From: Raillietiella orientalis
Taxonomy: Eukaryota
Length of the DNA: 64,000 nt
Assembly: GCA_036172245.1 (NCBI GenBank)
Contig: JAYWIR010000001.1
Location: 4,650,001 to 4,714,000 of the forward strand
Reading direction: 5' to 3'
Shown piece after piece: positions 48,801 to 62,300 of this stretch (its first letter is position 1; the number at the start of each line of letters is the position of its first letter). Under the pieces are notes generated by a model. The model searched no databases. It was given only the letters and a program-made list of their open reading frames with translations, and was not told where the DNA came from. A program made the position numbers and the translations under genes.

Positions 48801-51358
48801 GGGGGGGAAGAAAGGCATCCCCACGGGAAGTAGGGCCCGATTGGAAGCCGCCAACCCCTCGTTAAATGGCACCCACCGCAGAGAGGGGTTGCAGCTGCTG
48901 CTGCCTTCACCGCTTCACTTCCGGGATCCGCGGGTGGAGGCGCACGCGCGACTTCGCGGCCGATACCCCGGTCTCCTCCTCCCTTCCTTAAAAGGAGAAA
49001 ATGGGACGTCCAGACGAAGGAGGAGGACCGCAAGGCGAAGTCACTGTCAGTGCCTCTTGCTTTAGCAGCCCTTTCCTGGGAAGGTGAAGAGCCGAAGTCT
49101 CTCAGCCCCCTTTCACTTCCCTTGCCCCCCAAGGAAGGGAGCTGGGACTGTCGGTCCCACTTCCAGTGGTCACTGCGAGGCGAAAAGGGGACAGATCTCA
49201 GGGTTTATGTCTGTTGGTAGGTAGAAATCAGGAGTGGGGGAGAGGTGTTGGTTGATGTTCATAGGTCGGGAATAGTAAGCTAGGTGTGGGTTATTGTGTG
49301 TTCGACGGAAATGAACCTCTCTCCCTATGGTTTATTGCTTACTGGAGATTGATGTCGGAGTGCCCATTTGTGAGGGGTCAAATAGGGGAGCTGAAGAGTT
49401 CAACTGCAGTGTGTGTGGTCACGTGATGATGAATGGTGATGCCTGGATATGGATAGATGCGTTGATGCATAGATAGGTAGGTCTCAGGGATGCTCTGAGG
49501 TTTCCCTCCCCTCATTACTTCCCCCCTATCTCTTCCCAACCCACAATCCCTTCTTTTTTCTCTGTTCTTTTCTCCAGCTCTCCCATCCTCGAATTCGTCC
49601 CCTTGCACTCCTCCCATGAAGTTGACAGCGGACCACGCCGGAAAGTGACGGGAGCTTATAGGAGAGGAGCCAACTGCCCAGCTCCGGGACCAGTGATGGC
49701 AGGGACTCCGCCGCTTCCACCAAACGCAAAGAGTCGACGGACCTCCTCTGCACTTCCCTGGAAATGGACACGCGTGCCAGAACGGAAGAGGAGGAATAGG
49801 AAGAAGGAGGGAAGAGGCAACCTACTCTCAAGGGAAGGCGACCGTGGGGCCTGAAATCCTTCTCTTCAGGAAGGCGATCATGCGTGTCCCGCGTCTCCCA
49901 GCTCCGTGGGTTCTCTTTGCTTTGCGTCCTGAGCCACTGTCGCTGCTTCCTGGATCATCCGTCCAGATGAGCCGCTGAACCCTCTCGGGAAGCTGCTGGA
50001 CGCGGTCTCCCTCTCCAGAAAGTAAGTCCGCTGGTCTCCTCCTCCTGCAGGAATTGCCTCGGAGGCAGCTTCTAGGTGATTCAGAAGCACACAACTCTCC
50101 GAGATTTCTAGAAGATGCTCAGCCGGTCGCAGTCGCTGTGGCCTTGCTGGTTACCGCATTCCTAGCAACGCAACTGTGCCCCTCCCTCCCATCCCCATCC
50201 CTCACTGTTGCAAGCAGTGCCTCGTCCCCCTCCTCCAAGTGATGCGCGTTCCCGTGCGGGTCTCACTCGTGAATCGCAGCTGTGGGAGGCTCCCGTCTTC
50301 CCGAGAGAGCCACACGCGCTACGACGTTTTGAGATTTTGAGCCGATGCCAGCAAATCGGCGAGCTGCTACGCGAATTTACTACGAGATGACTTGGGTGCT
50401 TTCAAGGGAAGGGAAACACTCCCGCGGAGGTCATTTCAGGAAGAGTTCGATTCCGGTCGCTCCGTCCTCTCCCGAGGTGCCACGCAGCGCTACGGAGTCC
50501 CTCTCGAGAATCGAGTTGGGGGTTCGCGCGCACAGGGAAGCTGCAGCACCTAGCAGTATGCTCAGAGGCAACCGTTTTGCCTTGACGGAAGCGCCATCTG
50601 TCGATTTCCGGCAGCAGAAGACCTTCAATTCATCCCACTGTGTCCGCCGGAGGGATCGCGAAGCATCCGTATCCACAGCAACAGGCACCTCTCTCTGCGA
50701 CTTCTTCAGTTCTGGAATCGGAACCACTGCGCAACGAAAGATCGGTCGTGCAGCAACGAATGGTCTGCGATCTCGATTTCTTCACCTTCTGAAGGCCGGG
50801 AACGGACCATAGAAGGGGGAGGGGGAAAAGGAAGTTTCTGATTTAGGCATCTTGGACCGCGAAGGTGGCCGCTGCCTCTTCGCTCCGATGCACCAGCGTC
50901 CTCGTCTAGAGCGCTGCCTCCGTCGCCACGGTGAGCAAGTCTCACGCACCATCTGGCTACTACCCATGGGTCCGAGATATGCCTCTCCCTTAGGAAGTCC
51001 GGAAAATCCTCGAAAGAGACGGCATACCTATCGAAGATCCGGAATGGAAGTTTTTTGGCTGGATGCGAAAGACGCTGCGACGCAAGCAGAAGAGCATCTG
51101 AGGTCACCCCATCTGTACCTTTCCCTTCAGAAGGTCGAGGAGGTTTCTTCCAGCGATGTGAGCGAAGGCCGCCATCCGCCTCATGCTGGAATTTCTGTTT
51201 GTCCTTTCTGTTTGTTGATCAAACGGTCGGAAGGACACAAGGTAAATACGGCAGTCCAAGTCCAGAAGAGAGAAGGATGCCAAGCAACCCAATTTGCTAG
51301 GAAAAAAGCATGGTCGTGCTGCTCGAAATGGGAAAAGAAGAACACGGATAGGAATGAG

Positions 51359-51433
51359 ATGGGACAAGGTTGCGAGGGAAAGAGTTGTGAGGGACAGGGT
51401 TATGAGAAACACGGATGCGAGGGACAGAGATGC
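51359..51433. repeat. 15-bp tandem repeat, 5 units
   Basis: ATGGGACAAGGTTGC GAGGGAAAGAGTTGT GAGGGACAGGGTTAT GAGAAACACGGATGC GAGGGACAGAGATGC. Confidence 0.8.
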
Positions 51434-52791
51434 AAAGGATGGGAATAAGAAGGATAAGTGAGGATTAAGAAAGAGGCGCTAATGAGGAAGGAAAGCACTG
51501 GGACTCGTTCGGAGCCTTGCAGAGCTCCATCGGACAGCGTCTTCCAGGAACCTCCGGCGCTAGACACGTGACGCAGACCACTCTCCTCGTCCGAGGAAAT
51601 GGACGACGGAGCAGCCTCACATTCCTGATGTTGCTGTCGTGGTTTGCTCCTCAAGGTGGTGGTGGTAGTGGGGTTCCGCGCGCTCAGAGGCTCCTCAAGA
51701 TGAGATGCTGCACGTCTCATGCAGGAAAGGGGAGCATAAATGTTGCGCGGCAGCGATCCGCCTGCTGATGTACAATCGGAATATTCAAATGACTGCACTG
51801 CCATTCGGATTCGATTCTCTCTCCTGTTGTGCTGCCGGTTCGCAGATAACAGGAAAACGCTCCATCATCGGGAGAGCTTTCCCCTCTCCTTCAGAACGAA
51901 AGTGGGCTTCGACGGCGGGGGCTCCTAGCATTCTCGGGAACTGCTCTGGATCGGAAACACGAGCAGCAGTAATTCCGTCAGGAATGCGGCTTTCTTTATC
52001 GACAGAGCTCGTCCGTGGAGGCGGACCTTAGGAGGGGAAGGCTCAGGGAGGGTGGCTGGAGATTCCCTTTCCCTCTTCTTGGACTCGCATTCTTAGACAA
52101 GGCGTCCTTCACGATTGGTGTTTGCTCCGAGGGACGCTGCTGCCAATGAGGGGAAGGATCGAGAAGGTCTCCATCTGCAAGAAAGGAGGACACTGATAGA
52201 AAACATGGTCGACGTTTATGACCGCACCTCTTAGCAGAGTTTCTGGGGATTTAAAAATAGATAAATAAATGGTTTCTTCTGGGACCGCATTTGCCATACA
52301 TAGGGGAAGAATCTAGCGTGGCAGCATGGGAGCCAAGGGGCTAGCGAAGACGGTAGATGCTTGGGTAGGACTCGGCTTTCTCGGGAGGCTCGGGGAAGCA
52401 CGCGATCGCCAGCACGCGCGAGATATGACTCCCACAGGGTCGGCTTTTTCGAGGAGTTGGCTCCGGGAAGGGGCCGTCTGCGGGCAGGGTGTGCTCGCTA
52501 TCTTCCGACTGTCCTTCAAGGGGCCGGCTTTGGGCAGCAGCTGCTTCGATCCCATCCTCAACAGGACCACGCAGCAGTTGGCGCAGCTTCCGAGAACGAA
52601 CGCCGCCTGCAGCTCTGCTAAAGCTCCCGCAGCCTTGGTCTCTGGTGTTGGTGGCAGAAGCGTCAGCTAGCAGCCACAGCCTTCTACCGATCAGGCTCTT
52701 GTTAACCGGGTGGAAGAAAAGACTTTGGGAGCGTGCGTGGAATGTGCGAGGAAGCAGCAAAGGAGGCAGAAGGCGGTCCTCCTCTTCCTCC

Positions 52792-53140
52792 TTCTCATCC
52801 GGGATTCCTGGGTCATTTATTTAAAATAAATAAATAAATTTCCACGAAACTCGGGATACATCAGGGCGGGATTGAATTTTGATGGAGACATGGAAAAGGA
52901 ACTTAGAGAAAGAGGAAGGAGACCAATAAATAAGCAGATAAATAAGGGCGAGATGGACCGATCATTCCATTCTCCCGAACCCACAGGGACCAGCTCTGTG
53001 TGAGCCCGGGAGATTCCCGAGGACCTAAATGGGGCTGGGGCAGGAAGAAGGGAACCTGTGAAGCCATCACCAGTGACAGCACAACTTGTCCTTCGCTCTC
53101 CTGAGTCTCTGCTTTTTGGCTTCGCCTCTTAGTTTGGGTC
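52792..53140 (-). mobile_element. short 5'-truncated LINE 3' end nested antisense in the 50.7-54.2 kb LINE
   Basis: Terminal motif rc AATAAATGACCCAGGAATCCCGGATGAGAA at 52792-52821. Peptide PQPHLGP matches WPHLGP at ~63510. Confidence 0.6.
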
Positions 53141-55169
53141 ACATGGGCGGTGGCAACTCCTTTGGATGGAGAACATGCCCTTCTTCCATTCTGGAAGCGA
53201 TCTCACGTGAAAGACGGCCGGAAAAGGAGAAGTACCGGTGTTCCAGCCAGAGGGTGGTGTGCTGGCAACGAAGGGGAAGAAGGATGGAGGCATAGAGAGA
53301 AAAATCCGGGATGCACCAAGTTTTTCCAGGGAATTTCGGGAAAATCGACCCAGAGAGCTCCGAGCAAAGTTCTTGGACTTGGCTCTGCACCCCCAGCATC
53401 GTCCTCCCATCGCGCGGTGGACTCAATATGCCCCGCGGTGCGGCAGAGCTTCCGACCCCCACTCCCCAAGAGGGTCCATCGCTTTCTCTTCCCCACCAGG
53501 ATGGCGTCCATGCGGCGCCTCAGCATGTTGCGGAAGATGGCCGTTTGAGACGCCAACCCGAGAGCAAAAGACTTGGGGCGGGAAATCCGCCCGACTGCCT
53601 TCCGCTAGCAGTCACGATGTCTTCGCATAGATCCTTCGGAAGGACACAAAAATGACAGCAGCCTGGAATGCCCCCGCTGTGGACAGAACGCGACGGCCGG
53701 CATCCGTTGCCAGAGGACGGCAAGAGGTGGGTGCTACGAAATCCAGGGGCGCTCGCGCCTGCCCGCCTACACCACGGTGCTCCTTCTGTTCATTTCTGCA
53801 CCTCTGGAACCTAATTGGACGTGGACCTCCGCCCTCCGAACATCTCGGTGCGAGTCTTCGGCTCGCTTCTCTCAACGCCTTCGACTTTCGCCAGCAGCCA
53901 TAGAGGCTGCCCCGTGGATGGACGGGTGTCGTCCCCAAACTCAGTGTAGAAGATTCACAAGGCGGAAACGTCTGGAGTTCAGGAGCCTCTAAGAACGGGC
54001 CTTAGTGCGGTCGGTAGCCCCAGAAGTTCCTCACGTCTGCCAGCGGGCACCTCACGTGACTGGTGCTGACTCCAACCGCTTTCTCCTTGCCAGACCACAA
54101 TCCCTCTCTCCAGCCATCTCTGTGGCCTATCCAAGAGTGTACAGCAACTCTTTTTTTGTTTGTTCGTTCCTCCTTGATGTTCCGTCAAGAAAGCGAGGAC
54201 GGCGTGGACGCGCCCTACGGCTGCACACCTATCGACCTCTCCACTCCGGGTGACTCGCCGAGTGCGCGGAAAGCGCGCGGCTGCTGAAGCCAATGAATTC
54301 CCTCCTGCTGTGAGTCATCCTTTAGTGGCGTGAGGGGAGGTGGGAGAAGGAGCGAGGAGAGAAGAAAGCGAAAGAAAGAAAGAAAGAGAGAGGGGGAGAG
54401 AGGGGAGAGCCAATGACGTGTCGGAGGCAGCGAATCCGCCAGGAGAACCGGGAAAGCGCGGATGCGCTCCCATCCTGCCGGGAGCGGCCGGTGCGAGCTT
54501 CGTGGAAGAGCGACGGTTGGGAAGCCACCAGCGTGACGAATTCTCTGCTTCTTTCGGCGACCCGCTCAGGGGTCGCGACGGGAGGGCGATTTACGAGCCG
54601 CGGCGCGCATGACGGCAACGGCGCGCTCGCGCTCCGCTTCTGGGCTCTGCCAAGCGAACGGACCCGGGGGCTCTCGGCAGTGGGGCGAGTGACCCGACCA
54701 CGTGTTCACCGGTGCCACGCCTTCGCGAACAAACGACCCATCGTAGCTCTATCCTCCTCGCAAGCCGCTTTCGGGAAGGCAATCTCCTTTTGTTCTTCGT
54801 TCGGGGAACGCACGAGGTCCGTTGGCTGGAGGAGCAAGCGGGGCCGAAGAGTAACAAAGAAGGCGAAAGAGGGGTTCAGGTCAACCCCACTCCGGTGAGG
54901 AATGGCTCTCAGTGCGACGGCGGCGGCACCATCCACCGACTGCTGCGAGGCGACCCCTCCCGGCCGGTGGGTCATCCGCGCGCGGCCATCCTTCCGGTGA
55001 TCCATGCTGACCGCGAGCCGAAGCGCGGAGAATTCGACCCCGGATGCACACCCATGTGACGGAAGCGGCCAACGTAAATCAGGAGCCCCGACGTCCGCAG
55101 GTCCTCAGCGGGTTGGGTGCGGCGCAGAACCGCCCGTTGCCACCTACATTATTACGCTTCTCCTCAGCA

Positions 55170-55865
55170 GCGCTTCGACCCGTGTGGCGACGTCCTCTGC
55201 GCACGGCGGCACCAGGCTTCGTGTGTTCGAATCCCTCCCAAGGAAGGATCTACGCCGAGAAATCGAGGGTGCGTCGGACTTTCGAGTTCCCCACACAGGG
55301 TGCGGCACTGGTGTAAACTGCAGGCCCCGATGACTGACTGACCCTGGACTAGAAGCTGACCCTCCGGGATCCTTCCAGGAACTAAGGAGCCAGTTCCCTT
55401 CGGGGGTTCCCCTCCGATTATGACCCTGGAGCCGTCCCCTTCACCTCGAGGGGAGTACCCTCCATCGCTTACCATGGAGCTGGTTGATATCCTCCCTCGG
55501 GGAACGCCTCACCAGAGTGTAAGAAGCGCGCTGCTCCCTGCGGGGAGCGGCCCTTCAGAGAAATCGGGAAGCGCCCCTTCGAGGTTCTCTTCAGAGGAGG
55601 AAACAAGGATCAGATCCTTTCCGTATTCCTTCCAGGAAAAAGAATGAGGAGCGACCCCCTCCAGGGGGCCCTCCGGAGACAACCAGGAGAGGGTTCACTT
55701 CGGAGTTCACTTCCTAGTGTGAGAGGAAAATACTCCCTTCTCCAGTGCCTTCCTGGATTCATGGGGTGCTGTGTCCCTAACTTGAGGAGTGGCACGCACC
55801 CCCTGGTGGCGAGGAACAGTGCTAAAAGCTCCGTGAGCCGCTGGGCAAGCGGCTCTTCAGAACTT
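55170..55865 (+). mobile_element. SINE-like element (copy 8, hairpin-module subfamily)
   Basis: TGTTCGAATCC at ~55224 and GAAGGATCTACGCCGAGAAAT. The body is collinear with copy 5. Confidence 0.85.
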
Positions 55866-58299
55866 AGAGGTTCGACCCAGCCTCCGAGGCGACAGAGGGC
55901 TCCGCTCGCCCGAGAGACAATGCGACGAGGGCTGCTGGTCCCTTCCGGCGTTCGGAAACGAGAACTTCCGGAAGGAGAAGACTTTAACGCTTCGAAAATG
56001 CTCCGACTCTCGCCCTGCGGAGTCCGCAGGAACGGGGACGTCTTCACGTTCGCGCGCAAGAATTTTTTCGGGGATTTTTCGTGCCGGCATAACCCGGGAG
56101 GGTTCCCTCCGGTGGAGACTCGCGGCGTCTTCTTGAGCCGACGCCTGTTCCGGTGTCTTCACCCCCTCTCTTAGAACCGGTCCAGAATTTGGTACTCGAG
56201 GTCGCCAGGCAGCTGTGGCGTGAGTGCTGGAGCTCAGCACCGCATCCTAATGTGCAGCGGCTGCAGCGGGGACAACTGTAGCAGCCAAGGCTGAAACTGA
56301 GAGGCAGCTGTGTCCATGGCCACCAGGAAACTCCGAGGGAAGCGCTGGGAAACCGCAGCCAGGAGCGAAGCCGGGAACTGCAACTGATGCAAATACAGTC
56401 TGCAGCCCTGACGACTGAAGTCGCGATGGCTTCAGAGCAACGGCAGCCGAAAGGCGATGATGAGCTACGAACTAGCCGTGAGACCGTGCCCCGAGCGATC
56501 CCTTTCCACCTCCCTTCTTCTCTCTTCTTCCCCATCCGTGGTGGGAGTGCAGGGACCGCAAGGGAAGAGTGCAACCCTCCCCCACCTCCCCCTTCTTCAG
56601 TCCCTCTCTCACACAGCCGCGCGTCGGTGCGGGCCCGTGAAGGAGGAGGCGACCCAAGGGAAGGGACGAAGAGGGCGGCCAGCGCACTCCCCTCGCTGGC
56701 TCTCTTTGTCGGCACGAGAGGCCATGGTTGCGAGTGCCTGCAGCAGCAGCTGCTGCGTGCGCAGTCGGGGTCTTCTTGATGTCGCGCACGCGCGAGCACT
56801 GCCGAGCGGCTGCCCTGGCCGGGGAAGCAGAAAGAGTGCGTGCTCGAGAGAGAGCGGCCTCGAGACCGTGACTTCCTTTCAGATCACGCCGCCGGCTGCG
56901 CAGCGGTCTCGCGCCCTCGCGCGCGCACCCCTACACGAACAGCACGCGTGGTACATGAGCGCCAAGTGCCAGCATTCCTGAGCTCTCGTTCGGACGATAG
57001 TGCGCGGTGCGGGGCCGGACTGGGGCCTCAGGTTCGCATGTGCTTCGCGGAAGGGCACGCGGCTGCGCGATCGCTTGCCGCCGCGTGCTTCTCCCCCTCC
57101 TCCCCTCCTCCTTCGCTGAAGGCTTGGCGCGTGGAGAGGACTCCGAAGGGAAAATCCAGCTTCCGATGGGAACTTTGGAGGGTCCGCGTGGGGTGCTCTA
57201 TGTCAGACAAAACGTGCTCCGGACGTGAGATTTCTGGAACGTTCCTGTTGCCTGGACTACGCAGGTACCTTGCGTGCGAGGGATGCGTGGCGGTCTCGCT
57301 TCAGGGTCCCTCTGACGGTCTCGGGAGGAGTCGCCGCGCCCCTCTCAGGTGCGAGGATATCGCCCGTACCTGCCTGGGATGGTTACCGAGGGAGAAACTC
57401 CCTGCGACCTGCCGACCTCGGGGGCTGGTCATCGCTGCAACCGGCTGACGAGGGAGGTTAAGAGGAGAAGGGAGTCAAGAAGAGGATGGAAGCTGCCGGG
57501 TCGAGAGGCGTGGGAAGCGTGGGGGATAGGTTAGCGAGATGGAAGACGGCACAGAGTTCTTCGAGACGTCACAGCCTGCCTGCCCCACGCTCGCTCTAAG
57601 ACGGTTCCCGTTCCGCCGCAAGGTCCATCCGTATTCGAGTGTCTCCTCCTCCCCTCCCCCCATGCCTTTTTGCATTTTCTGCCGTTCTTTTTCCAGACTT
57701 CAGAGCGAGTCTTTCACGAGAGAGGGAGAGTGCTGTTCCCGGCTGCTTCGACGTCGAGGGACGGCGTCCACCCGGAGTGGAGAGGATGAGGAGGAAGGAA
57801 AGAGAGAGAGATGAGCGAGGACTGGCTATCCTTCGTGTGTGATCCACCTGGAAGGCGATTCCCGTGGCCTTCGAAAGGACTTCGCGTCCCGGAGGATGCA
57901 GGGAAACGCTTCTCCTCCTTCCCTGTTTCCATACGGGGCGCATCCCCAGAGGACCTTCTCGCTCATCATCAGGGTGGGAAGACCTCAGTCTCTCTGCTTA
58001 TCTGGTCTTCCGTGGGGGCCGGCGCTCGGCTGGGTCAATGCCGTGGTGTTGCAAGCAGGGTGCCCCGTGACGTCGGATGCGCTGGGTTCCTAGGCAACCT
58101 CGGGAGCCTTCCAAGTGCCCGAGGACGCTCGATAGAGACGCTGCTGTCCGTTCTTCGTGACCGGGAGGAGGGAGGAAGAGGGCTTCTAACCTTGTCTCCC
58201 ATGAGCTGAGGAGCTCATGTGCGAGGGATTAGCGCATCCTCCGCAGATAAAAAGAGTTCTCTTCGGAGTGAGGAAAGCTTCCAATCTCCTCCCTCATGC

Positions 58300-61100
58300 A
58301 GGAGTCACGTGACGATGGGGTTTCGACCTTCCCTCGCCTCTGATCTCAGAAGCGAGATCCCACGTTCCCACGAGAACCCCTTGTAGCAACGAAAGCCAGA
58401 CGTGCGTCCTCAAGGATACTGTGTCGGGGAGGGGAGTCGGATCGATGATCCTCACGCCCCCAAACATCTTCAAAGACCTCATCACTGCGACCCGCGCATT
58501 TTCTTCCTCCGTGATTCCCCGTTTCGCGACTCGCTCTCCTCCTCCCTATTCGGTCCGAGGAATGGGTGTGTGTGGGGTGAGCCAGGAATCGTCAGAAACC
58601 TAGAGATAGCCAGGAATTAGAGACAGCTGGGATGAGCTGGGATGTTCCGAGAAGAGAGCAGCAGTGTCTGCGGCGGCAGCGGGTGCGGGGAGCACATCCT
58701 GTCACAGGACCCTACGGTATGAGCCACCGGAAACCTCCTAAAGCCTCCTCGCCAGTCCGCTGCAGAGCGAGGAGGATGCGAGTCGGGGAGGTTCTGGGCC
58801 ATCCTGTACAACCCACGTGAGAACCACCGTGAAGACCGCGAAGCCCAATCCTTGCTTGAGGCGCTTCAAAACATGCCGAGTGTGCTCGCTCAGGTTTCTA
58901 CATCGCTGACCCCACTCGCTGTGATCGGGAAGCCCCAGTTGTGCCACAGGGAAGGAGGAAGAATGTCGGTTCTCTGAGGTGCTGCTGTGGGGCAAACGTG
59001 AATTCTTCAGCATCCGAGTTTCTACCAAATACTGGTCACCCAGAGAGAAGGCGGGTTCACAAGAAAAGCGAAGGTCACGACCTTCCTGCTCAGGTGCTCA
59101 GATCGAAAACACGGAAAAGCAGCATCAGCGGCCAAAGCTGGTTCCAGAGGAATTCACAGAGGTCATCCAGTCAGCATGCGTCCGCGGGCGAATTATCAGG
59201 TCGCTTTGCTGAGAACTGTCCTGTCCCAGCAGCCAGCAGGGATTTGTAGAATGTGGAACGACGAGGATGATGGAGATCCATTTGGTCTCTTCCGTTTTAG
59301 ATGCTTTCCTCCTAGTTTTTTTTTCTGGGGGGGTCTTTTTTCTTTTTGGTTCGATAAGTGCTGAGGAACCACTCGCCTCCTTACGGGGAACCCATGAAGC
59401 TATTTAACGCGGTCCGCAGTACCCAAGAGTGCGTGTGACTCTTAAAGTTAGGAGGCAACCTTGGGAGGTGACCACCCTATGAGTTCAGGAATGCTCCAGA
59501 GGAAGGAGGGAACCTTTGAACCTCTTACTCTTGGTAGGGAACCCTCTCTCAGGTTGTCTCGGAAGGGAACCTCGAAGGGAAGCACTCCTAGTTTCCTCCT
59601 CTGAAGAAGAACCTTGAAGGGAAGCCTCCCAATTTCTCCAAGGAGCGCTTCTTGCACTCTGGAGAGGCAACCACTGAGGAGGGTATCAACCAGCTCCATA
59701 GTATGGCTCCGTTTTCCCAACAGGAGGAGAACCTCGAAGGGAACCGTCTCCTTGATTTCTTCAATTGCCCCATAGGGTCAACTTCCAATCCTGGCCAGTC
59801 AACGAGAGCATCTGGTTTCCGTCAGTGCCGTACCCGAGGGCCACAGGTCAAACAGCATCATCCTGTGGCGGGAAATCGAAACCCAAGAAGCATCCATTTT
59901 CCGGCGTTGATCCTCCAGGTGGAGAATTCGAACATGCAACGCTTGATGCCACGCGCCGAGACCGTAGGGCCACACGTCCGACAGCGAGGGCAGATCGGAA
60001 AGTCCTAGGGAGGTGGTGAACGAGCGATGGCTGCTCGTCTGCCACGTCCACCAGCCAGGGATGATGTCGAATTGCTTCATCCCTGTTCTTCTCTACTCGA
60101 GCACAAGCTACCGCACCAATCTTCGCCGATGCAAACAGAGCAGGGAGCTGTGGCTTCGGATGATCAGCCAAGGATGCAAAGCCGTCGGATGCTAGCAGAT
60201 GACTCCTGAATATCAGAGGGCTGCTGTTCCCGGTGACGCACTCTGGCCAGCAGCGTGTCACGAAGTGATGGCTCCTCCCTCTCCTAACTACGAGCGCGTT
60301 CGCCAGTTTCCAGCATTGGTCACGTGGGCCAGAGACTACGACCCATGTTGAGAAAGAAGATTCGGCGGTTCTACCAGGAGGCGAGTCGTGCGCGATACGA
60401 AATGCTACAGCACCCCGATGAACACAGAGACGATCGTCCGTCTGCACTGCCTCGTCGCTGTCCTGGAGTCGTCGTCTAGGAGATCGGGAGACGTGACAGG
60501 CTTTGAGCCGTTAATGCAAGGGCCCTGCTCGTGACTCGGAAACAAAGGAGGTGCATTGTGTCCCAAGAGGACCTTTTCCAGAAGTCTGCTCCCCTTAGAA
60601 AGCTCCGATTTGAGAAAGCTCTGCCTCTAAATGTCTCCCAAAGGAAAGTTGGCCTGGGGTTTTCCTGTCCCCAAATTCCTCTTCGATATCTTTGATTTTC
60701 TTCTTCTCCTTCCGTCTTGCCACTCCGTGCGGCTCCGACATCTCTGCAGTGTGCTCGACGTTGAACACTAGTTCGCTCTTCGAGATCCATCCAGGAACTC
60801 TGATCACCCTAGGCAACGGCAGCGTGGCATGGCTGCACACTTCCCTTTCTTGGGAAGCGTGCAGTTTGCTCTCCGATGTTCCTTCCTGCACCCCCTTCGT
60901 GCAGAGGACCTCCCCTAATAGAATCCGGTTTCCTCCCTCAGTTGCACAGACACTGCCACTTGGGACGACGGACCGAGAAGTCTGACCTGTGGGTAGTTCA
61001 TATCTCAAGCTACAGCGATGGTGGCGTTGCTTCGCACAGTGCAGAGCAGCGTCTGGACGCTCCTGGAGGCGGAGAGGAACATGCACATTGCTCAGGCTCC
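58300..61100 (-). mobile_element. decayed LINE ORF2 fragment interrupted by SINE copy 9
   Basis: Minus strand has SPPGRTAE (LSxxGR position, ~60370) upstream of the SINE and STFYKSLLAA (PxFYxxLLxAW, ~59230-59260) directly downstream. Boundaries are approximate. Confidence 0.4.
59272..59988 (-). mobile_element. SINE-like element, near full length (copy 9)
   Basis: rc head GGACGTGTGG...TGTTCGAATTC, core GGTCAACTTCCAATCC at ~59776 and a 3' A-rich segment. Confidence 0.85.
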
Positions 61101-61560
61101 GTCGACTACTCTAAGGAGCGGAAAGTCAGCCGCAGCATCGGATCAACGAGTAAACGAGGAGCGTCGCCGACCAGCTGGGGGAGGGAGGGGGGAACAAACC
61201 GGAGGCCTTGCAGATCCCTTTTGTTTATTTACTCCCCCTTCCCCTTCCACGAGTGAATCCCCCTCGTGGCTGACCTACGTGTCGGATCCTCACTTTCCGA
61301 AGACGTTTTTTGCCTCCCAAAGAGGGTGGTCACGCGGAGGGAAGGGGGGTGAAGGAAACTCATGGAAAAGCAAAACTCACGATCTTCCTGCTGGAGCATT
61401 AGGTGCTTGGGTGGAGGTCACGGAAGGACGGCAGCGCCAGGAGATGTAAGGTAGGAAGGAGAATGGAGAAACGACAAATCTCTAGGAATGCAGCTACCTG
61501 TCTTGATGTCTCACTCTTCTTTGCATGCCCATTTCTCAAGTAAACGTCCCGCGCAACCTA

Positions 61561-62300
61561 CTCATCCCAGATTCCTGGACCATTTTAAATGAGTCATAAT
61601 CTTCAATAAGAAACACTTGCCAGTCCGAAAAGAAACGGATCAACCCCCACAGGGAACAGTGCTAGGAAGGGAATAGAGAGAGGGGAGGGGGAACGAAAAT
61701 AAATAAATAAAAAAAGAAGTAAGTTGCACCAGCCCCAAGGTGCTGAATGTGATTCCTAGGGTCTGCATGGGACAGGGGCGGAAAAAGGTGAATCGGATGC
61801 TGTCAATGGATTCGAACGAGTCCGACAACCGTGCCGAGGCAACCCTGGGTTTCGCATCCTAGTTTGGCCACCTCAGTTGTGAGCATCGTGCAAGGGAGGT
61901 CGCGATTGCGAGCAGGCTCCACGGGATGACGGCCACGCCCCCTTTCTCCAACACGAAGATATCTGCTTCTCTCACTGGTAAAATGGTCAGGAAAGCAGCT
62001 AGTGAACCTGAGGGGATGAACGTTCGTATGGGTAGGTCCTAGGGTCTCATCAGAAAGTTGCCGTGCACCTGCGACACCCCAGATCTCCGAGGCCATCTAC
62101 TTAAAAAGAAATCAATAAAACAGCTGGAGGAGGGTCGGCATTTACTGGTCCGAAACGAAAGAGTTGAGGGAGTGACCGGGGTGGAAAACATGGGGCCTGC
62201 TCGCATCCGCTGTGCCAACTGGGGGATATTTGGCGGGACTCAGTCTTCGACAGATCCCGCTTCGTCGCATCCTCATTCTCCCTTTCTGCTCCCTCGCCCG
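61561..62300 (-). mobile_element. LINE 3' region
   Basis: CTCATCCCAGATTCCTGGACCATTT (61561) matches the terminal motif at 52794. A purine-rich (plus strand) UTR at 61660-61720 and GCLGTVV at the CCIRGIV position support the call. Confidence 0.55.

Larger units (their letters stand above)
50700..54180 (+). mobile_element. long decayed LINE ORF2 (RT to zinc knuckle), interrupted
   Basis: In order: FWLDAKDAA (LDxEKAF), LGLAFLDK (AFADD position), FDPILNRTTQQL, IVLPSRGGLN (LPxxxGGL) and RCSFCSFLHLW. Many frameshifts and insertions. Confidence 0.45.
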
